64,000 nt of DNA from Spirochaetaceae bacterium (lineage in GTDB: Bacteria; Spirochaetota; Spirochaetia; DSM-2461), in assembly GCA_965224705.1 (NCBI GenBank), contig OZ245056.1:1856001-1920000 (forward strand), given 5' to 3'. Shown piece after piece: positions 56,750 through 64,000 of the stretch. Position 1 is the first letter of the stretch; every line of letters starts with the position of its first letter. Below the pieces are notes generated by a model. The model did not search any database and was not told the origin of the DNA. It saw only the letters and a program-made list of their open reading frames with translations. The translations under genes and the position numbers were made by a program.

Positions 56750-58339
56750 TTATTCTGTCGGCAGTCTTCTGCGGTCAAACCGGGCAAAAGTCAGGGGATG
56801 ACCCTTCCTATCATAGGACCAGCGAGCTAATGCTGCACCAGAATTGTTGTCAACCGGTCTTTCATCCACTCCGAAATGTCTTTGTTCGGTCGTTCTGCCG
56901 TATCCATCGTAGTGCCATGTATAGATAGCCACCCCATCGGGATCCGATCTAAGCTGATCAAAAAGTCCATATTGCCTCTGTTCCACACGCCGACTTTCCG
57001 TATCATAGGTCCAGTGATATTCGGCGATACCCCTGAAGTCTTCCACAATTGCATCATTTTCATCGTAATGACGCTCCAGGCTTCGGTTTCCCAGGGCGTC
57101 ATATTCCCAACGGTATGTAACAACACCGGAACTATCCATGGCCAGGGTTTCCCAGTCGTTGTAACTGGTGGCCTCAACAAGTTGCCGCAGGTCGTTATAG
57201 GTATATTTATAGCGGGAAATTCCCCATAGGTCCTCTTTGGGTTGATCATTCGTATCAAAACTCATTGATGAAACAATTAATCCTCGATGATCGTACTCCC
57301 AGCGATACGACGCCATTCCGGCATCGTCCTGGGTAAGAATCCCGTTTTCATCAAGATTCAGCTGTTCAAGTTCATTGCCCTGGGGATAATGAATCCATTG
57401 ATAGGTAACAACACCCGCAATGTCCCGGGTTGGTTTGCCCTGGGCATTGTAGTGGGTTTGACCGATTAAATTTCCAGCGTGGTCGTAGGTGTACTGGTAA
57501 CGTGCGACTCCTTCAGCATTTTCCAGAGCACGATTGTCGGCTCCAAGACGCCATTCAGAAGTTGGCAGGCCTCTTGAATCCCTTTCCCATTGCACAGCCG
57601 CAGAACCATCTGATGCTGTAATCAGTTCAAGATCCACACCGTATCGCTCTTCTCTGACAATATCTCCAGCACTGTTTCTGATCCATCGATAAAGAAAAAC
57701 ACCTTCATCTCTGGATAATGCTGCCTCTCCGTGAATATCAAAATTGTGAAGCTCTATGAGATGATCCTTGTTATCCCATATGTAATGGACTTCCGCTACA
57801 TTGTTTGATACGACCTGGGCTCCCGCCTCATCGAAAAAACGCTCCAGAGTTTTCCGTCCGGCCTTATCCAGCTTCCAGAGTCGTTGAGCAATTCCATCCT
57901 TATTGGGGATGACATTCCCATAGGCATCGTAGAATATAACTCCACGGGCCCTGCCATGGGAATCCAGGGGCACCCGATGTCCCCATATGCCATTTTCATC
58001 GGGCATTAGTTTTCCGGTATCATCAGTAAACCATCGGTGCACATAGTTTTCCGTATAGGCGATCTCTATCCGCTGCACACCATATCGGGGAACTGGCAGT
58101 GATCTCCCGGATTGATGATAAACCACCTTCTCCAATTGTCCGGCATCGTTATATGTGAACCTATAGGCATTCACCTCGGTTGCTTCGGCTGCATTTATCT
58201 GGTAACGGCCAACCAGATTTTCATAAGCATCAATGTCAAGCTGCCTGAACCAGATTTCAATGGCACCAACATCGACAATGGCAGCAATAAGCAGGATAAA
58301 TGTAAAAACAAATATTCTATGTATCATGATCTTCATCAT
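56750..58339 (-). CDS. Secreted protein made of about 14 YD/RHS-like 32-aa repeats
   Basis: Signal peptide; repeat consensus G[VI]xxYxWxYDxxGxxxxxxxYDxxGxxxxDxx; no PxxxxDPxG RHS core. Confidence 0.8.
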   Translation of the reverse strand: MMKIMIHRIFVFTFILLIAAIVDVGAIEIWFRQLDIDAYENLVGRYQINAAEATEVNAYRFTYNDAGQLEKVVYHQSGRSLPVPRYGVQRIEIAYTENYVHRWFTDDTGKLMPDENGIWGHRVPLDSHGRARGVIFYDAYGNVIPNKDGIAQRLWKLDKAGRKTLERFFDEAGAQVVSNNVAEVHYIWDNKDHLIELHNFDIHGEAALSRDEGVFLYRWIRNSAGDIVREERYGVDLELITASDGSAAVQWERDSRGLPTSEWRLGADNRALENAEGVARYQYTYDHAGNLIGQTHYNAQGKPTRDIAGVVTYQWIHYPQGNELEQLNLDENGILTQDDAGMASYRWEYDHRGLIVSSMSFDTNDQPKEDLWGISRYKYTYNDLRQLVEATSYNDWETLAMDSSGVVTYRWEYDALGNRSLERHYDENDAIVEDFRGIAEYHWTYDTESRRVEQRQYGLFDQLRSDPDGVAIYTWHYDGYGRTTEQRHFGVDERPVDNNSGAALARWSYDRKGHPLTFARFDRRRLPTE

Positions 58340-58495
58340 TACGATAATCGGAAATTGTAACGGGATTACTGAGAATCTCTTATAAAAGGTTATTCTGAGG
58401 TTCCAGAATTTACGGGGTATCGAAAATGATGTTCATAAAAGAATGAGTCTTTATCAGAAAAAATCGTCTGGAAGTCTCAGCTGGTTATGAGGCGG

Positions 58496-59254
58496 CTAAT
58501 CCAACTCCATTTCAATTGGACAATGATCGCTGCCCATGATATCTGAATGGATGATTGATGAACGGACTCTGTCAATGGATGTGTCGTTTACACAGAAATA
58601 ATCAAGTCTCCATCCAATATTCCTGGCTCGGGCTCCCCCCCTGTATGTCCACCAGGTATAGTGCTCCGGGCCTTTCTCAAAAATACGGAATGTATCTGTC
58701 CAGCCATTGCTGATAAAGGAATCCATCCACTCCCTTTCTTCCGGCAGATAACCAGGGTTCTTTTCGTTTTCTTTCGGACGAGCCAGGTCTATTGGTTTGT
58801 GGGAGACATTAAAATCTCCAGTTATCGCAACGGTTTTTCCCTGTCCCACCAATGTATCGCCGCAATCCTTGACTGCTTTATTGAATCGCAGCTTGTAGTC
58901 CAGCCGAACTCCTTCAGGCTGGGAATTGGGGAAGTAACCATTCATGATGACCAGGCTGCCAAAATGGACAATCTGCATGCGTCCCTCGGTATCAAATTCA
59001 TCGATTCCCAGAATTTCTACTTTATCCGGTGTTTTCTTAGACCAGATGGCCGTACCACTGTAACCTTTCTTTTCAGCACTGTTCCAGCAGGATTGATATC
59101 CGGAAGGAGCTCGAATCTCCCGAATAACTTGATCAGGCTGGGCTTTGGTTTCCTGCACACAGAAAACATCCGCATCAGCCTGAGTGAGGTAATCGACGAA
59201 GCCTTTTTTATGGGCGGCTCTGATCCCATTCACATTCCAGGATATGATTCTCAT
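58496..59254 (-). CDS. xth: Exodeoxyribonuclease III (AP endonuclease)
   Basis: SWNVNGIRA, VQETK, GYSGTA, GDFNVSH, YTWW, GWRLDYF, GSDHCP. Confidence 0.95.
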   Translation of the reverse strand: MRIISWNVNGIRAAHKKGFVDYLTQADADVFCVQETKAQPDQVIREIRAPSGYQSCWNSAEKKGYSGTAIWSKKTPDKVEILGIDEFDTEGRMQIVHFGSLVIMNGYFPNSQPEGVRLDYKLRFNKAVKDCGDTLVGQGKTVAITGDFNVSHKPIDLARPKENEKNPGYLPEEREWMDSFISNGWTDTFRIFEKGPEHYTWWTYRGGARARNIGWRLDYFCVNDTSIDRVRSSIIHSDIMGSDHCPIEMELD

Positions 59255-59309
59255 ACTTAATTGTACAGCAGTGCCGTCTTTTATGAGAAGAGGCTTTCCG
59301 ATAATGCCA

Positions 59310-59356
59310 GCGAAAATAACGGAACGCAGCAGGGATTCGCAAGTATTCTTTCAGCC
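59310..59356. repeat. Degenerate family-B repeat
   Basis: GCGAAAATAACGGAACGCAGCAGGGATTCGCAAGTATT aligns loosely with the reverse complement of 30851-30888. Confidence 0.4.
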
Positions 59357-59423
59357 ATGACCAGAATGGATGGCTTTCAGAGATGCCCTGATGATTAAAG
59401 TATCTAAAACACCGTCCGGGGCG

Positions 59424-59452
59424 TTGACATAAATCGCAACCGGGAGTAGATT
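59424..59452 (+). promoter_or_regulatory. Sigma70 promoter of the tRNA pair
   Basis: TTGACA-17 bp-TAGATT, 11 nt upstream of tRNA-Lys. Confidence 0.75.
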
Positions 59453-59463
59453 TTTTCTCTTAC

Positions 59464-59536
59464 GGGCCGCTAGCTCAGTTGGCAGAGCAACGCCCTTTTA
59501 AGGCGTGGGTCAATGGTTCGAATCCATTGCGGCTCA
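59464..59536 (+). tRNA. tRNA-Lys (TTT)
   Basis: Acceptor GGGCCGC/GCGGCTC, anticodon arm ACGCC-CTTTTAA-GGCGT, T-loop GGTTCGAATCC; CCA not encoded. Confidence 0.97.
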
Positions 59537-59559
59537 TAATCAGTTATTCTGATTCATTT

Positions 59560-59631
59560 GTCTCCATAGTATAGGGGTTAGTACACCGGGTTTTCATCCC
59601 GGCAACGGGGGTTCGATTCCCCCTGGAGATG
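59560..59631 (+). tRNA. tRNA-Glu (TTC)
   Basis: Acceptor GTCTCCA/TGGAGAT, anticodon arm CCGGG-TTTTCAT-CCCGG, T-loop GGTTCGATTCC; CCA not encoded. Confidence 0.95.
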
Positions 59632-59658
59632 ATATTGCTCTCGGGCATCTTCTTGTTT

Positions 59659-60945
59659 TCAATAGCGAAACAGCAATCGAGTATAGTAGTTGTCATTCGC
59701 AGAATTTCTTCTCAGGTCGGATGTCGAAGGATCCAGCAGACGGATATCTGCCCCAACCTCAAATTGCCAGTGATCGGAGATATTGTAAGAAACGCGTGGA
59801 CCAAAGTAGATGGCCGGTGAGAAGAAATACCCAACATTGAGGGTTGTTTTCATTTTTTCCCTTAGAAATGTTTTCTCAAAATGGGCGATAATATAGGCTA
59901 TGTGCTGTCGGGGCTGGGTATGAAATGTCTGGATTTCCCTGGAAAGATAATCAGCACCTTCACCTTCCTCACTGTGATTACTGTGATTTGGAAAAAAGGC
60001 ATAGTTTAAGTTGAACTGACTCAAGATATTCCATGGCAGCTGTACGAGCACCTGGGTATTGATGGAAATATCAGAATTCTGAGCCCCGATGTCGGTCCCG
60101 GCAAAGTCTGATGTCAGGTTAAAGGCAAAATCCTGGGACAGGGTTAATGTCCAGAGTTTCAATGAATATGCAAATCCAAATGTATGCTTCTTCCGATAAA
60201 TCGGTTCTATGATTGATGGATGAGTTGTAGAAGTCTCCGGTACAACAAAATCAGGTGTATGCTCTGTATACCAGCCATAGAAAATTTGAAAATCCATCTT
60301 CTCTCCATAGTGATTGTAATTGACAAATATTGAGTGGAGGCTTTCCGAAGTTGTCAGGAAAGAATCAGGACCCCATTCAAGAGTATCATTGGAATCGGTC
60401 AGCATGATGGGTCCCTGTCGTTCTTTGTCCGGCCTGGTTATCGGGATGTATGTTAACTCAATGGTATCCTCAAATGTTGGGTAAAACTTTAACTGCATTA
60501 AAGGATCAGGACGTCGGCTGTCAAAGTACTCATCAAGGCTCAGGGTATTGCTGTTCGTACTGTGCGGGGCATTGAGCGGACTTCTTATATCAGAAAACCC
60601 ATACGTAATAATTTTCTGGCCCAGAGTGATGTCAAAATAATTAAACGGCAGGAACAGGTAGCTCTCATAGAGAACATCCCAGGGATTGATATACATGGAA
60701 TCGCCGAAGGGCTGAATCCATAGATTTGCCGAGATCTGCCACTCAAAACCAGAATTATCATCAATACCACTGAATGTTGGGCGCATGAATATGCGTGACC
60801 TCAAGTTTTGATAACCATCAGATGGTTCAATTCCACCATAGTAATCTACAAATGAAACAAATCTGAAGTTCTGTCCATTCCCAGGAGGGGTCACTGTAAT
60901 CAGCACAAAGAGAAGCAGCAGTAAGTGAATGGATTTCCGTTTCAC
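59659..60945 (-). CDS. Predicted outer-membrane beta-barrel (DUF1302-like)
   Basis: Signal peptide; LYESYL...ITLGQKIITYG; C-terminal DNYYTRLLFRY. Confidence 0.65.
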   Translation of the reverse strand: MKRKSIHLLLLLFVLITVTPPGNGQNFRFVSFVDYYGGIEPSDGYQNLRSRIFMRPTFSGIDDNSGFEWQISANLWIQPFGDSMYINPWDVLYESYLFLPFNYFDITLGQKIITYGFSDIRSPLNAPHSTNSNTLSLDEYFDSRRPDPLMQLKFYPTFEDTIELTYIPITRPDKERQGPIMLTDSNDTLEWGPDSFLTTSESLHSIFVNYNHYGEKMDFQIFYGWYTEHTPDFVVPETSTTHPSIIEPIYRKKHTFGFAYSLKLWTLTLSQDFAFNLTSDFAGTDIGAQNSDISINTQVLVQLPWNILSQFNLNYAFFPNHSNHSEEGEGADYLSREIQTFHTQPRQHIAYIIAHFEKTFLREKMKTTLNVGYFFSPAIYFGPRVSYNISDHWQFEVGADIRLLDPSTSDLRRNSANDNYYTRLLFRY

Positions 60946-61727
60946 TGCAGTGTATTGGATTTCAGGTATCGTGTTGTGAAATAGCGGTCAGGAATCTCCT
61001 CTGTACTCACATCGGTCACCAGTAAAAGAGATTGATGACCTGTTTGCACATTGGTCATGGAGATGTTCGTTGGATAAATGTACTGCCCAAGATTTACGGA
61101 TTCTTCAACCTGATAGATTTTCAGCAGATCCCCATTGAAATCATAGTAGTCCCGTCTCATTAGAAAAAAATTATCTTTACGATAGTAACTCAGGATGTAT
61201 GAATATCCATTATCCTGCTGTAATTTCGGGTTTTTGCCCCAGGCCTTAACAACGTAATACTCAACTCCATCAACGGTCTGATCATCGGCAAGTTCATAGT
61301 CCATTTTACTGTAGTCATTGTTGATTAAGTCGCGGTAGGTAAAATCACTGCCCATGAAATATCCACCGCCTGAACTCTCAAGGGCAATCCTTTTGATTCT
61401 CCGTATCGCAGGTAAATAGATCCACATATTGTTTTTCCTTCCATCAAAAAATGAATGGAGCAGCAATCCCATACCTCTCACGGTGGGAGGAAAATCAAAT
61501 ACAAACAAACGATTGTTCTGCTGGACACCAACATTCTTTTGATAGGCTCTTGCGGTGATTTCCCGGACATCACCATTTGAGGCAATTAACTGAACATGAA
61601 ATGTTCCAGCCAGCACAGGTATGGTGAGACGTTTTGAAAATCCATCCAGTACGTCCTGAACGGTGATGGCCTGCAGCGGCATGGAACAACAAAGCAGCAG
61701 CACTGAATACTTCAGAGTGTTAAGCAT
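60942..61727 (-). CDS. Outer membrane lipoprotein-sorting protein (LolA-like)
   Basis: PPTVRGMGLL, MWIYLPAIRRIKRI, FMGSDFTYRDL, YYDFNGDLLK, IPDRYFTTRYL. Confidence 0.88.
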   Translation of the reverse strand: MLNTLKYSVLLLCCSMPLQAITVQDVLDGFSKRLTIPVLAGTFHVQLIASNGDVREITARAYQKNVGVQQNNRLFVFDFPPTVRGMGLLLHSFFDGRKNNMWIYLPAIRRIKRIALESSGGGYFMGSDFTYRDLINNDYSKMDYELADDQTVDGVEYYVVKAWGKNPKLQQDNGYSYILSYYRKDNFFLMRRDYYDFNGDLLKIYQVEESVNLGQYIYPTNISMTNVQTGHQSLLLVTDVSTEEIPDRYFTTRYLKSNTLQ

Positions 61728-63972
61728 GATAATTCTCCTTCTTTAATCGAATGGGTAAAATAACCAATGGTATTAAGTATAAGCTCAGGAAGAACGAAAA
61801 AACAAGTGAAAGCAGCAGCAGGAACCCAAGATTTCTCGCCCCGCTGAATGAGGATATGAATAGTATTGAAAATGACAGAATCGATGTAAGGAAACTCAGA
61901 AAAATCGGTATTCCGCTGAATCCAACAATCCTGTTAAAACCTGTTTCAAGGTTTCCAACCTTTTCCAGATGGTTGAGAGCAACCAGTGTATGAATACTGT
62001 AATCGATAACCAGTCCAGTAATAATCGCCACAAAAATGATTGAAAAAACATCGATGCTGATACCTGCCAGATTGATGAATCCCAGGGAAATAAGCATGCT
62101 TATAAAGCCAGGAGCGAGACTCAACAGGGCCAGATTCCACTTTCTGTAAAATATGAGTACGGTGATGAAAATGAGGATTCCTCCGCCGAGGAAGGAAAAA
62201 AGCCAGTTCTGACGAAGAACCGTATGTTCCCTGTTCAACTGTTGGGCCATCCCGTACAGGCTCAAAGTCCAATTCTCGGGGACATTGCTCCGTATACTCT
62301 CCAGCAGTGTTAAAAAATCGTTGAGATCTTTGTAACTCCGGTAGTAAATCAATCCCCGGATGGAGAAAACTCGATAGGAACTGTCCAGCATTGATTCATA
62401 CTCAACAGGGTCAACACTGGATGAGAAATACAGTAGATACTGCTCGACAAGGGCATCATAAAAGGCATCAAACTCAGTGCTGGTTAAGAAAGATTGTTCA
62501 TCGCCATTGAAGTAGAAATTCATTCTCTTGAGAACCGTTAACAGGGAGTAAGAGAAACCGGCCTTGCTTTCATTCATTGTTTTGTGAATCCGATCCAGTT
62601 CCAGCAATGTATTCTTCTTCAAAATGCCATTTTTCTCGCCCGTATCTATTTCAAGAAAGTATGGAACTGTTCCGTAGAATTTATCATTGATTATCCGGTC
62701 AGATTTCTTGATTGTAATGGATTCTGGAAGTTGTTGAACAGGATAGGGTTCAATCTCCAGTTCATTCAACCCAAGGGAACCCCATATGACGGCCGCAGCT
62801 ATAACGGCGAAATATGCGTGCCGGTATCTGGCAATCCGTGCAAACAGCCTACCTTGAAACCGTATGAAACCTTCCAGTAAGGGCTTCTTCGCAGGTTTGT
62901 ACTGCCCGAAGTCAATCCATAAAAACACCCCTGCCCAGGTAACGATTACCCCGGATGCAATTGTTATTCCCACCTGGAGATGCCCGGAACCATTGATAAG
63001 GCAAAGAGACAGGAATCCTGTCAATGTTGAGAGGGCAGTCAGGCTGAGCGGAAACAGGAGAAGTTTTCCAAGACTTCTCCCTTCACCGGGAACCGGGGAA
63101 TGAAGACGGTGATAGAAGTAATGAATAAGATAATCACTGAACAAGCCCAGACAAAAAATCGGAACGAGCAGGAGGAGAGGACTGTCAGGAATCCCTGTAA
63201 ACCGTACCAATCCATAGGAGAACACCATGGCCATGAGAATGAGAGCAAGGGACGCAAGAAGAACTTTTATGCTCCGAAACAGCGAAAAGATTACGATTAT
63301 CACCACGGCGAGAATTGGGAATAGAAGTTTGATGTCCTTCGTAAGGAGAGACTCGGTTGCGGCAATTATGGGTGATCGACCCGTAAAATCAAAGGGAATG
63401 GAATCCTTCCATTTTTTCTGCACCGCTGTCAAACTTCTGTGTATATCCTGAGGTGTGGATTTGTTGGCAAAGTAAATATAAAAGAGAAAAGTATCCTGAG
63501 CCCTGTTGATGTATGGGGACAATTCCGGAAAATCATCAATCTGGACCGACAGATCCTCCAGATACTCATTTGTAATACTGGAATCATCCAGTGGGATGAC
63601 TCTGGCTACAACGATATCATCGTTTTCAGAAATAACTCGGGACACACTGAGAATGGAATCTACCTTCGAACATCCCGGAAGCAGTGTGAAATCTTCCTGA
63701 AGCGACCGTATCTTAAGAATATCCTCTGCCTTCGTGAATGACAGTCCGGCATCATCCAGATCCAGGGTTACAATGGAAACATTTCGCTGAGGGAGGAGGA
63801 GATGGCCTTCACTTTCCATGTATATCTCTTTATCAACATTGGAGTTAAATGGAGACCATAAATAAAAAAGACAGCCTGGAAGAATAATTGCAAACAGAAA
63901 CAAACTGCGCTTGAGGGAGATAATTCCAGATTGATATGTATTCCATGCACGCTTACTCATACTCTTGATCAA
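61720..63972 (-). CDS. MMPL/RND-superfamily transporter
   Basis: Two TM bundles with GLFSDYLIH and GLVIDYSIH motifs plus periplasmic loops. Start is uncertain (ATG 63960 or TTG 63972; the frame is open to the window end). Confidence 0.88.
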   Translation of the reverse strand: MIKSMSKRAWNTYQSGIISLKRSLFLFAIILPGCLFYLWSPFNSNVDKEIYMESEGHLLLPQRNVSIVTLDLDDAGLSFTKAEDILKIRSLQEDFTLLPGCSKVDSILSVSRVISENDDIVVARVIPLDDSSITNEYLEDLSVQIDDFPELSPYINRAQDTFLFYIYFANKSTPQDIHRSLTAVQKKWKDSIPFDFTGRSPIIAATESLLTKDIKLLFPILAVVIIVIFSLFRSIKVLLASLALILMAMVFSYGLVRFTGIPDSPLLLLVPIFCLGLFSDYLIHYFYHRLHSPVPGEGRSLGKLLLFPLSLTALSTLTGFLSLCLINGSGHLQVGITIASGVIVTWAGVFLWIDFGQYKPAKKPLLEGFIRFQGRLFARIARYRHAYFAVIAAAVIWGSLGLNELEIEPYPVQQLPESITIKKSDRIINDKFYGTVPYFLEIDTGEKNGILKKNTLLELDRIHKTMNESKAGFSYSLLTVLKRMNFYFNGDEQSFLTSTEFDAFYDALVEQYLLYFSSSVDPVEYESMLDSSYRVFSIRGLIYYRSYKDLNDFLTLLESIRSNVPENWTLSLYGMAQQLNREHTVLRQNWLFSFLGGGILIFITVLIFYRKWNLALLSLAPGFISMLISLGFINLAGISIDVFSIIFVAIITGLVIDYSIHTLVALNHLEKVGNLETGFNRIVGFSGIPIFLSFLTSILSFSILFISSFSGARNLGFLLLLSLVFSFFLSLYLIPLVILPIRLKKENYHA

Positions 63973-64000
63973 TCGTGTAGATCTCAGTATATTAGCAATG

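Noticed and set aside
59560..64000. Genomic island integrated at tRNA-Glu
   Set aside because: No integrase and no duplicated tRNA 3' end is visible within the window.

Overview
Gene-dense chromosomal window, probably from a free-living spirochaete (inferred from the NusG-II/Gx-transporter/EcfT trio, BMP nucleoside ABC system, BspA-type LRR lipoprotein, FliL-like protein and LolA-like sorting-protein clusters). Core functions include a polar amino-acid ABC transporter, an NCS2 permease, mrfAB-type repair genes, glgC, pyrKD, rpmB, a panB-panC-coaC-coaB-coaX operon, carD, xth, tRNA-Lys and tRNA-Glu. Accessory features: (1) a cytoplasmic nitrate-reduction operon (narK, Mo-bisPGD nitrate reductase, mobA, unknown membrane protein, NTPase) bracketed by miniature elements; (2) four elements sharing the terminal repeat GTGTCAGAAAGC(C/T)TG, one holding an internally deleted Zn-finger transposase; (3) a second, unrelated family of structured intergenic repeats (about five copies, one inside a 286-bp MITE with perfect 15-bp TIRs and a TAAG duplication); (4) two parallel envelope modules of inner-membrane pump + LolA-like protein + predicted beta-barrel, one at each end; (5) an atypical transketolase-aminotransferase pair. 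I found no CRISPR array, rRNA, prophage, integrase or reverse transcriptase. All calls come from motif recognition without database searches.
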